Below are positions 34,001 to 45,800 of a DNA stretch of 64,000 bases, one piece after another. This stretch comes from Bugula neritina (taxonomy: Eukaryota; Animalia; Bryozoa). Below the pieces are notes generated by a model that was not told the DNA's origin, did no database searches, and saw only the letters and a program-made list of their open reading frames with translations. The stretch lies in NCBI GenBank assembly GCA_964035545.1, contig OZ037771.1:7991408-8055407 (forward strand), in the 5' to 3' direction. The stretch's first letter is position 1, and each line of letters begins with the position of its first letter. The position numbers and the translations under genes were made by a program.

Positions 34001-37000
34001 TGAAAAGGTTGACGTTGAAGAGTTACATCTACTTGTAGTTGAGGAACTGTGTTCATAGTCTTTAAGGTCCTGATAACTTTGAGTGGTTTGCTGTCATTCA
34101 TCTTCTTCTTTCGGCATACAATTTCAAGATGTCCAGTGAGTTTGCAGTAGTTGCATGTAGAACTTTTGTATCTGCATTCTGCTGGCTGGTGATTTGTCTT
34201 TCCACAGCGATAACAGGGTTTGTTGATATGTGTTGGCTGAGTCTTTGGTGTAGAGCTTGGAGTCGTCTTCTTCTTCTTGCTGACTTTATGGAGAGCGTTG
34301 ACCTCTCCGTGAACAGTTTCTTTAGCTACTTTAGCTGCTTCTTCAGTTTCCACAGCGATTTCAGTAGCTCTGTTGAAAGTGAGATCTTCGTCCTTGAGTT
34401 TAAAGATTGCCTTCAGTATAGCTTCATTTCCTACTGAGCATATAAATCTGGTACGAAGTGCTTTATCTTGTGGGTCAGTAATTGAAGAAAAGTCACAAGT
34501 TGTTGCGTCATGTCGAATCCTAGCTGCTAGTTCTGGAATAGTCTCCCCTGGCTTCCTTTTCATGTCGTGCCAAAATCTGTATTTTTCTCTGATGATGAAT
34601 GTCCTTGGGTTATATTGTGTCATCATGTAGTTGTTAACTTCATCCATCGTCAGTTTGTTGATCTCCTTCTTTGGTGTCTGCTGCTCCGCCCAATCACTCA
34701 ACTGCTTGTAGATGGCTGTTGTTTGGTTTGTCAAAAATACTTGTGGTATTTTATCCTCTGCGATTGAGTTGGCTCCAATGAAGGTGGTGAATCTTGCTGA
34801 ATATTGAGTCCATAGTTCTGTACTTGGATTAAATGCTGCAAAATTCGAGGTTGATGCTGGGGTTTTCTTCTCTGCTGACTGGGTGAGTAGTTGAATCAGC
34901 TCCCGATTTTCTGTTTGCTGCTGTTCTATCTATCTTTGCCTCTTGCTGTTCCATCCTTGCTTCTTGCTGTTCCATCTGTTGCTTCTGCAAATCCATCTGT
35001 TCCTTTTGCTGTGCCAACTGCTGGGTTAACAAAACTATCAGTTGATCTGTAGGTGTAGACATAATTTTTGAAGTATGTCTAAATGAAGAGTCTTTGAAGA
35101 TTTGAAGATTCTGATGATAACCGCGTAAAGTAAAAGTAGATGATCAGTTGAAAATCCTTGAAGCTGATCCCATCCTCGTCGCCAAAATCTGTTGTGTTTC
35201 AAACAGGTGTATTGATCATAAAATAATTTACAATGAAAACAGTAGAAGTGTTACCACCTTATATATTAACTTGCACAGAAAAGCTGATATAGCTGTCTAT
35301 AAATAAACAAAATAAGCGCTGAAGCTAACATGAAAAAGCCATTACATTTTTTAGATTTATGCAATGTCATGCTATAACAAACAGTATTCAAAGTAATGCA
35401 TGACGCACCAGTGTCAAGATGAAATTCAATGTCATAAATAGTATTTACCTGCTTAGCAGTGAGCATCGCTAATGGTTTACAATCCCATACTGTAGTGGAG
35501 ATAGTACTTACATTCTGAGAGTCACTGTCTGAAGAGTAGTTTTAAGCGACTTGATTGGCTGTTTCGGTTGAGTCGAGATAATGATGCATGCATGACCTGC
35601 AGTATGTGGCAAAGTGATTGAACTTCTTGCAATGATTGCGCTGCTTCCCATATGCTGGGCAAGCTCAAAGTGGAAGGTTGCCTCCACAGTTTCCACGCCT
35701 AGAAGCAACAACTGATTTTCTGACGTTGGGCTGAGAGCGAGTGTGTGAAAGCTGTCTTTTGTGTTTATCAGTATCACGAGTGTAGTCAGACTGGTATTGA
35801 TTAGTCGTAGTTCTATCTTTTACCAAGTTTGCTTGTTCGAGTCTATAAGTGTTACCATTATTCATAGTCTTGTAGTCAATGGCTGATGCTTCTTCCCGTC
35901 TACAGAGCTTAAATGCTTTATCAACGTCAGAGTCAGTCAAGTCAAACAGTTTTTTTTTAATTTTGACACTTTCAATCCCTAGTATAAGTGCTTGTAGTAT
36001 CAGTCGGTTGCTCATAACTTTCAAGTCACATAGTCCTGACATGGTATATAGTTCAGTCAAAAATTCGTCAAATACTTCTATTTCTTTGCTTACACATCAG
36101 TAGTGAATGAGTCCTAGCCACTAAGTTTATTCTTGGCTTGCAGTAGTCATCGAATTGCTTCGCTACTTTGTAGTCAGTTTTGTCATTGTTGTCAGTTCAG
36201 GTAAAAGATTCGTATATTTGGTATGCAATTTTCACTTTGCTATTGGCTGTATTTTTCGTGGTGGCAGTTAAAAAAAATTCAAAGTCACGTTTAAAAGTTT
36301 TGCACTCTTTAGGTAGATTCGGTCCATCTGCTAATGATTTTAGATGTCAATCACAGCCTGATTTCAACACCCTACTTATCAAAGTTTTTTTTAAACTTCT
36401 TTAGTTGTTTTCAAAGCTTTTCACTTTTCATAATGAAATGTTTTAGCACTTTTTAGAAACTCTAAGCCATACTGCCGACAGAATCTTGGCAAGCTGTTAA
36501 TAAAAGTCATGAGCTTGCTTCTCTCTTCTAATAATGCCATGAGGTCTTTTTCAATGGTATTTATTTGACAATAGGCTTCTTCTGTTTTCGTTTTGTACTG
36601 CTCCACTTGAGCATCTGTGATAACAGATGAGTGAACTCTTCAACAAAGAAAAGAGAGTTTTGATTTAGTCTTAGACAGTGAATCCTGCTGTTGCTTCTCT
36701 ACTTGAAAAACCAAACTATCGCTGTTGCTCTTCAGGCCATCAATCACATCATCCATGTTATTCTGTCTTTCAGTCAACTCTTTCTGAAGATTGACTAGAA
36801 TATTCCCAGTTTATCCTGAAAAGACTCAGTTTTGTTTTGAATATGCGCTGCTGAAGATAGAGTGGCTGATTGCAGCTTCACTATTTCCTTAATTAGTCCG
36901 TGAAGTTGAGCCAATCTTTGACCCTATTCGAATAAAACAAATACAGTCATGTTTCTAAAGATGTATGGTGCATGGCAAGGCTACTTTTGGTTATAAAGGC

Positions 37001-37030
37001 CAAGTGTTTTATTGCCATCGAAACCCAACA
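28024..37030 (-). mobile_element. Old, frameshifted Gypsy element (Mag-like) interrupted in its protease by a younger Gypsy
   Basis: gag 35665-36060; protease FHLDTGAS at ~35400; RT 30446-30853 (CDAKEGFYQI, YLRLPF); RNase H 29539-29925 (TDHKPL); integrase 28750-29300 (KVGIDLFE). Ends approximate; a shared AAAGGCCAA..GTGTTTTATTGCCA motif at ~28085 and ~36996 may be LTR remnants. Confidence 0.8.
31186..35379 (-). mobile_element. Gypsy (Mag-like) LTR retrotransposon, internally deleted and frameshifted (4194 bp)
   Basis: 190-bp LTRs 31186-31375 and 35190-35379 (TG...CA, 3 mismatches); TSD AACAG (31181-31185, 35380-35384); PBS 35167-35184 equals the 3' end of tRNA-Ser(GCT) ATCCCATCCTCGTCGCCA; gag with 2 CCHC, protease VDTGA, RT YLDD, RNase H CDASEVGIG, integrase TDNGPSF/NGAAER in broken ORFs. 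Confidence 0.95.
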
Positions 37031-37492
37031 TATTTTTCCAGAGTTGCTGAATACAGCTAAGCAGTTTGTAATGAGAGATATGCAACAAGCAAGTGGAATG
37101 GATAAAGATCTTCAAAATGCTAGTGATGTCCATGCAATAGGTAAGTACTGTGACAGCACGGATGCTGTATGGCACAGACTGCAACTTAACTTTATTAAAA
37201 GAGTAACAGCTTCATCATAAGTTTGTCTGACTACATCATAATAAGCATTCAAATCTAAAGAGGAGACGACTCTATAGTCTGCATATTTATCATCTGCCTC
37301 AACTATGTTGCAATAACTTGTGTGAAAGTCATTAAACTCGGAGTGAACTTCATTTAACTGTTTATATAACTGCTGAAAAAGTTCTAAGTCATTGGGGTTG
37401 GAAGTACTTAGCTGTCTGCATAATGAAGTTATTCTGGTCTTCAACTTCAATCTTTGTAACGTCAGTTGAATAATTTCCTCCTTGTCGCCCAT
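37030..37492 (-). mobile_element. N-terminus of a second BEL/Pao-like gag, opposite orientation
   Basis: ORF 37112-37492 (KYADYRVVSSLDLNAY) resembles the 20580 ORF (TYSSYRTVSGFNLNED); probably continues at 28020-27313. Confidence 0.5.
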
Positions 37493-40400
37493 GTTGAGTG
37501 GGTAGACTACTGTTTTGTGGTGTACTTGTCTGCATATCTATCTTTAGTCACTTTATAACTTGGTCCTCTGCATGTAACCACCAGAATAATTGTATGCCTT
37601 CTGTCTAAGCTCTTTTTTGGCTATAGGGTGCTATCGTTATTGCCACTCTATCTTCCAAAGTAGTTGTTACTTTATCTCTTACAGTAATTGTTACTGTAAC
37701 AGCATGAATGCTGTATGGCATGGATGCCTCTCAAGATAATTGTTACTGTGTCAGCACGAATGCTGAGTGGCACAGATGCCCATGTGTAGCATTGATGCTG
37801 TATGCTGGATGCACAGATGCAGGCCACAACTAAACCTTTTGCCTTATGCCAACAGTCTATATTTCTCACAAAACTCAAACTGTAACCTATAACCGTAAAA
37901 ACATCTTGTTAAATTAACATTACTCAACACAGCTATTTCTGACAGAACTTTTAATTATCAAAGTTAAAAAGAAAAGATAGTAACAATTACAATTATTTGG
38001 ACAATAAAGTTTAAGTTGCCTGCACTTTTAACAAAAGGGAAATTGAGCTGTACTGACTCAATAAACAAAAACTACCAGTAAAAAGCTAATGCAAAAGCTT
38101 TCACAAAAGTTTTCATCAAACAATCAAAAAGCTCCTGCAACAAGTACACACGACTCCATCCTGTGAGAAATGAGCTAGGCATTTGGATAGTTAGAACAAA
38201 ACTTTAGGAAACAATCCCCTGGCTGTAGATCCATCAATTTTACCCATCCCTTTGCCCATCGATGATCCATTGACTTTAACTTTAGTTCGTAAAGCGCATA
38301 TTACAAGTGAACATTGTAGTAGGATTTTACATTGGCTAAGCTTAGACAAGATTATTGGTGTATTAGTGATCTAAAGTTAGCTAGGAAGGTAGTAAATAAT
38401 CGTCAGAAGTGCCGCCTAAGAGATGCAAAGCTCCTTTAACAACAGATGGGAGTTTTACCTAGAGAGCGAGTTACGCCAGGCCGTCCTTTTAATTGTGTTA
38501 TGGTAGACTTTTTGGGTCATATTTGATGAGAGATTAAGTAGAGCACAGAAAAAGTAGGAACACACATGGGATTCTCTAAATTGATAATTTATATTTATGA
38601 GCGGGTCACATTGAAGCTGCTTTTGGGTATGATACTTCGGGCTTTCTTCTCAATCTTAAAAAATTTACCAGCTTAAGAGGATGGCCACAGGTGATTCTCA
38701 GCTCATTGGAACAAAAAGGGAGTTGTCAACTATGTGGGAAACCACTTGCAGACTTTGTGCTTAAAAGAAAATTAAATGGGTCACAGGGCTTGCAGACAGC
38801 AGTTGGCATCAAGATGCAGTAGAATTTCTTGTCAAAGCTACTAAGCGAGCACTAAAATTTGCTATCAACAATCAGAGACTGTCAGCATTAGAATTTTCAA
38901 CAATATTGACAAAAGTAGCAGATTTATTAAATAAAAACCTTTGAGAACACTAATTAGTGACAGTGACCTCGTTGTAAAATCCTTACTCCTAATCTTCCCT
39001 TGCTAGGTAGATCTGAGGCTACAAATCCTGGCGGATTGAAAAATGATTTCAACCTCAACGGTAGAGTGAAGGTTGTAGGCCGGGTTACTCGACTGTTTTG
39101 GGAAATGTGTGTTAAGAATTGTGCGCTCACTCTTATGATTCAGCGCAAGTGGAAAACTCGAACGCCAAATTTGCAACCGGGAATATAGTAGTTGTAGCTG
39201 ATGTTAACGTGCTTCATGGCCAATATAAAATTGGTATGGTGAGGGAGGTTTTTCCAAGGGTAGATGGCATAGTTCGAAAAGAAGTGGTATCTTATAACAG
39301 TTTAAAGGTGGGAGAACAAACCTATGAATATAAAGGGGCTAAAGATATTTTTGTTACATGTTGTGTTCAACGCCTCAGACTTCTATGCCCTGGGGATACC
39401 AATAACAAGTAAGAACGGTGCTTGAATGATGTAGACTGAGTAATTCATTTTTGTACTGCTTACCCTAGTAAATAAATTGGTGTGCATACTTTTATTGCTA
39501 GTTATTGTTAGGGTCATGGTCTCTTAACTAGCCATGATCATGCCAACATCACCCCTCCGATGTGCCAGGGAGATAATTCTGACTGTTCACCTATATTTTA
39601 CTGAAATTATGCTGTTAGCTTTTGCGGTTTGGTGAGCTAGTTTTTGGCTTTTGTTATTTGATTTTTGGCTGTAAATGAAACGACTTAGTTTGTATTATAA
39701 TTGTTATTGGTTTCATTTTTCAGAAAAATGTTCAAAGGAGCTGATATTTGCAAGTGTTGTTATGAATTAAAAGTTTTTTTTGTTGATATTGTATATTTGA
39801 AAGTTAATTATGCATATTTTTTTGTACAGATGTAACTATTTTCCTTATATAGAGTATACGTCAAAGACAGAGCAATAACTACATACAAACATCTCGGTGT
39901 AGACAACTTCCCAAATTATTGTAATGAACGGAAGTTATAGTTTTAGGTTGGCAACAATTATCCCTTGTTGAAATTTTTTTTTACTAGAATACCTAACCCA
40001 ATGAACCAAAACTTGATTATATATAGAAGGTTATGTTCAATGATATATTATATTTATATTATATTATATTATATTTCAATGCGATACAGAAAACATTACA
40101 TACAACTATATTGAAGCCAATAGAGAATAGGTTTTCACTGAAACAAGTCACATACATTACATGAAAACATGCATGCAAAATGATTTATTGCTCATTTATC
40201 TGCTGGACAGCTAAATCACTACATTGACTGTAAAATGCACATATTTTCAATATATCATTAGGGGCCTACTGCAATATTCTAAATGTTTATATGTGTGTTT
40301 GTGCAATGTGCATAATAATAATATATACATATAAATAATGCAGGATACAGCCTAATATACAATATACATAATGCACAATATTATTGTAATTTTGTGCTCT

Positions 40401-41432
40401 GCAATAAAATTACTAAGGTGAGAGTATGTGGAACCAATGCTAGAACATAACTTCCTGTGATTATGTGAAAGGGTTAGATGAGAGAGTTGTCTGTCAATCA
40501 ATGCATAGTGTAGACTTGCTATATTATAGAGTTTACACCTAACTCTTTATATAATCACTTGAACAAGTCTAAAGAACAATAGTCTCGCAACAAAACAGTA
40601 CATGAATAGAGTTATAGAAGTCTGAATGCGACTGTCACTGCAAACCATCTTGCTTATATAGGGGGATGGTCTCTTCTCATTGGTCCACATCATCGGCCAC
40701 CACTCCTGCTGCGGGGAAACTCGCGAAAGTGTCATTTCATCATCTTTTGGCAGTGAATCAAGAATTAGTACACACGTATAAGTGTAGAAACAAAAGGGAC
40801 AAATGCTGCTTCTGAAAACAAGACTCTGCATGGACTTTACTTTTTGAATTATTATTAGCAGTAATTTGGTATAGTAACCAGAAAATACGTTAAATATTGT
40901 AGTGGCTTTTAAATATCGTGGTGCACTGCTCTCCATACTATAGAATATAAAGCATTGTTTACGATATAAAGCATACTCCCAGCATAGTATTAAATTTTGA
41001 TGTTTTATAAAACTGCTGAACTATAAAGTCTGAAAATGATTTACTAATCAGTATAAAATACACAGAGGCCTACTACTAACTCACACAGATACAATCTCAG
41101 AGCTGCATGAACTGTAGTTTACACACATTTATCTGCAAACTTTTGCACCCTTTCAAAATAATTCTACAAGAAATATTAGGTATACAAATACTTATGTCAT
41201 TGCAAAGACTAAGTATAAATCAGGCCAGTCTGTAATTGTTTACAATATATGTACAATTTCATATAAAAGTACTAAAAGATCTGTTCTGTGTGAGATTTTT
41301 GTGTGAAGATTGACTTTACTTAAGTGTCAAAGGACAGTGATTTTAGCCTCATATGTTTTCTTATACACTATTTATATATATATATTACTATATCTATATT
41401 ACTATATTACTATATATATATATATATATATC

Positions 41433-41573
41433 TCAATCTGTGGACAGCAGCTGTTTCGGGATTTGTCCCCTCATCAGCACAGAACAGAATACCATGGCCC
41501 ACACCTTCGCAATAGTAAAACTTATAGTTTTACTGAAGCATATTTAAAAGGTGTGTAAACTCAAGCCAGAGTG

Positions 41574-41575
<2 letters not shown>
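41433..41575 (-). mobile_element. Short hammerhead-containing repeat embedded in (TA)n, copy 1 (Penelope-like remnant or retrozyme-like)
   Basis: Near-identical inverted copy at 61721-61863; (TA)n on both flanks. Confidence 0.75.
41437..41483 (-). ncRNA. Type-I hammerhead ribozyme
   Basis: Minus strand reads UCUGUG CUGAUGA GGGG-ACAAA-UCCC GAAA CAG-CUG-CUG UC^ CACAGA: complete core, stems I-III, GUC cleavage triplet. Confidence 0.9.
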
Positions 41576-41630
<55 letters not shown>

Positions 41631-42819
41631 GCCTAAAATAACAAAATTACATATATACAGTTGTAGATAAATGACATATATAATAAATCACAACTGTGAT
41701 AAGTTTGATGCAATAAATAATAAGAACACATGAATTTATTATGTAAAATTGTTGAGTAAATATAAAATAATATAACAAATAACATAACTGACCTGTACTC
41801 TTATAAACAATCTCTTTATTACATGTTCACATTCTGTCAGCAAAATAATTAACTTTTATTAAATTAAAGCAAAAGTTTATGAGTGTACTCTATGATGTTG
41901 AAGGCTGTCTGGCTGATTGGGTTAAAATTATAAGAAATGACCTGTTCTAATGAACTTATGAATGCTGCATCATTGCCTGGTGCTTGCAGGGTTAATTACC
42001 TTGAGCGTTGATCATAATGCTTATGCAAGAAGACAAAGAAGCATTTTATGTGTATTGTAAATGAAACTGAGTAATTCTTAAAGCAGATTCTACTTGTCAG
42101 TATAACATGTTATATGAATGTGAATGCAATTATGCATATCAGCATTATTGTTAAGTGAAACTATCACTGCATTCTTGCTACCTTTACAAAATATAGCTTT
42201 AAGTTTTTCCTTTGATATATGACTTTTCCCTTAAAAGTGAACATAAAAACAGTGGCTATAGCATTTAACTTCTTTTATTTATCAACAAGATTTTGACTTC
42301 ACAAAACTACTATGCCTCTAGTAAATATTTATCTTTTCAAGTGAACAACCAGTTTAATTGGATGATTGAATATCTACCTGTACTACAGATAGAACAGCTT
42401 CCACTATTCCATATATATAAAAGCTTGCACTGTTATATTGATTATATATATTACTAAACGTTATTAACATCTCAACTTGTGCAATATGATTCCCACTACT
42501 TTATTGCACTATAAATGCAAAACTGTTTGTTTTTGGCAAAAAAGGAAAGGTAGATAGCATTTGCAATTAATTTCCTTCTCAAAATAACCAAAATCGTTTG
42601 CTAGATACGACAGTTACAGAATAATTAAATAAAAACTTATCAAGAACATAGTATAGAATCATAGAAGTAGACAGTAATAGTACCAACATACATGACAATC
42701 TGCCCTTTCTGTTGGCTTTACAAAACAATTACAGAGGAGGGTAAAGGAAATTAGTAGACTAAACTTTATTTCAAGGCTGCTATAAGTTGTTGTGAAGTTA
42801 AATATTTCTACAGATCAGT

Positions 42820-45800
42820 TCAGGTTGGAGGTTTTAAATTTGTGAAATACTTTTTGACATCATAAGCCCCTTTCTGACACACTCTAAGTGGTGGAGATAT
42901 GAGAGCATCACAACCGTGCCCTCCCAGAGAGTAAAGTTCAGTTAGTTGCAGTATCGCAGGATCTAAGGATGTCAATGACTCATTGGAGGATATATTCAGC
43001 GCCTGCAGACTACTCAGTGTGTACACAACAGGCGGTAAACTGGTGAAATTATTTGATGATATGTCCAGTCTTCTTAACTTCTGTAGATTCTGCAAACTAT
43101 AAAAAGTAATCCATCTTCAAGAAAATTAATGTAAATTTTATAAGCCCATGTTGGCATACAATATACACAGAATTAGAACTAGCAGTTCCCCCTTGAAAGT
43201 TATATTCACTTGCATATAATAACTTGTCCTTTACTTGTTGGAAGAAATAAATAAAGAAATAGTAGAGAAGTTACATGCAGCTTCTGTATCAGTCTATTTA
43301 TTAATGAGAAAAACTGGCGAATATCAACAAGTGTCTATTTTCTACACACTATGTGGATAGAACACGCATCCTCATTACAATATTCTATCACAATTTAGCA
43401 ATAGGTTTTGAAACTATTTAAAAGTAACCAAAATATCCCAACCAAGCAACTTAAGGATTCAAAAACTAGTAATGTCAACAAATGTAAATTAGAAAAAAAT
43501 AAGTGAATTACTTACATAATTACAACTTGAATTTTATTATGACTTTATAATTGATTATTGATTTGAACCTACAATTTTTAAGCTGGCTACTAGTTCCATT
43601 ATACTACTCCTGTTTCTATAGCAACAGTGACACAAAATTGTTTGGGTAGCTGTGATTGGTTAGCAAGACAACAGTAATAATGGTTGACCATCACAAAGTG
43701 AGCTGCGATTGACAAATTCGTTCATAACTTTTTACATCATATATTTCTGACGGTTCACACTACAAACTAGATTTACTAACACAAATAAACCAACTCCACC
43801 GACATAATTTAGTAAAATTTACCAGCAACATAATGTCCAATGCTAAATCAAATTATAGCTCACTCTATACTGTAATCTCAACTGGCCATAATAACCTCTC
43901 TGTATGCACAAACATGTTGCTCCAATGAAGACACCAGCCCTAATAAAAGCACGGCTACCATATTGTATATATTGCGTCTAGCTAAATTAAACGGCAACTA
44001 CATATAGGTCAGACAACTCCATAATACAATACACACCTGTCTGGTAGAGTAACCAGTTCACAACACTCCATCTCTAACTCTCTCAGTGATACTAAGGATG
44101 TGAATATATCATCAGGTAGACCTTCAGATAGGTTGTTCCACGCTATCCTCAGCATCTCAAGACTTTTCAGTGAAGATATGCTGTAACATAGCACACAGGT
44201 ATGAGATACGGTGACACTGATGACTGTGATGTCACAAGTTCCCTAACATGGCAGCAGGAAATTAAAGATATTAAAGGATTGTAAGCTCATAAAAAATATT
44301 GTAGATTTACATGAAGAAATGTTTGTAAACATATGAAAACGAGTCAATATGTAAGTTACATGCTGATTGGCTAGTGAAGCTACATGTTGATTGGCTTGTG
44401 AAGTTTCATGCTGATTGGCTAGTGAAACTACGTGCTGGTTGGCCAGTGAAGTTACATGCTGAAGATCCGTTACAGAACATTTCTCAGGTCTGATTAAATA
44501 CCCAAAACTTCACAAGCAAAACTATTAGATTACTTTATTACTTAAATGTTGGTAATGTTACCATCTGAATATGTGGAATAGTCCTATAAGCATCTCAAAT
44601 TTGGGGGGGGGGGTGAAGGACGCTTTTCGTTTAGGGGTCTCAAGTTTGGAGTTGCAAACCTAACTTTAAATTTGAGAACCCAAAACTAAAATCGTCCTTC
44701 ACCCCCAACTCAGAGCTGCTTATAGAACCATTTGAATATGAGACTCACGACCAGTTCATTTTCATGATAGATAGTTTCGATGGCCATACTGGTGAACTGT
44801 ATTGTATTTCCTTTTAGTAAGAAGGAGACGTCAAGTGTATAATTTATATAACATAAACTATTGCAGAGTTATACCATTGTATATTTATCACAATATCATG
44901 CTACTATACACACCTGTTTGGTACAGCCTTCAAGCTACACATTCCCATATCCAACTCTCTCAATGACTGTAAGGGTGTAAACAGATCGCCATGGAAACCT
45001 TCAGACAGATTATTCTCAGATATATCCAATACCTCAAGGTCCTTCAGTAGAGAGATGCTGTAACATATCACACAAGTATACAATGTAGCAAAAGTAAAGC
45101 TTAAGAAATGCCCAGTCCAACACCTTAAAAGGCATATTACCTGAAAATACTTCACTCAACAAAGAGAAGAGAACTTTATAATATCGAACACGCACCTGCT
45201 TGGTAGAGCTACAAGTTTACAGTCACACAACTTCAACTCTTTCAATAACAGTAAGGAGGTGAATATATCTTCAGGTAGACCATCAGATAGGTTATTGAAT
45301 GATACATTCAGCACTTTGAGATTCGTTAGTGAAGAAATGCTGTAAAATACATACATGGGTAACAAAGAACAGTACTGAGCGAGTGCAGTAGTCAGTGAAC
45401 TGCCATACTCGACACAGACTGCAGGTAGAAACAGGTGGCAGACCTAACTCTGAGTCATATGGAGATGCTTCCGTAAAAATCTGTCATCACAAAAACAAAC
45501 ACAATTCAGGAGATCCATTCCATTTCGAGCTTAACCTCCTTCAGTAAGATACCCACCTAAACAGTACATACAATACCATAGTGCCGTTTACCTGCTACAT
45601 GGTATAGCCAATTGAGTCAAGACAATTCTACGACAGGTTCTACACACCTGTTGGGTAGAGTTGGCAATTGACAGTAGTTCATATCCAACTCCCTCAATAA
45701 TATTAAAGGTGTGAATATGTCGTCAGGTAGACCTTCAGGTAGGTTATTGTCTGATATATTCAATACTTCAAGACTCTTCAGTAAAGATATGCTGTAACAT

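Larger units (their letters stand above)
19597..39878 (+). mobile_element. Degenerate BEL/Pao LTR retrotransposon forming the outer shell of a nest
   Basis: gag-like fragments 20580-21600 (TPLPTFNGDRRVWENFRSI); integrase and C-terminal fragments 38200-39412 (ERVTPGRPFNCVMVDF; GNIVVVAD...YKIGMVREVFPRVDGIVRK); diverged ~285-bp direct repeats 19597-19885 and 39596-39878 are candidate LTRs. Boundaries approximate. Confidence 0.65.

Noticed and set aside
35167-35184. tRNA-Ser gene
   Set aside because: Only the 18-nt 3' end including CCA; it is the retrotransposon primer-binding site.
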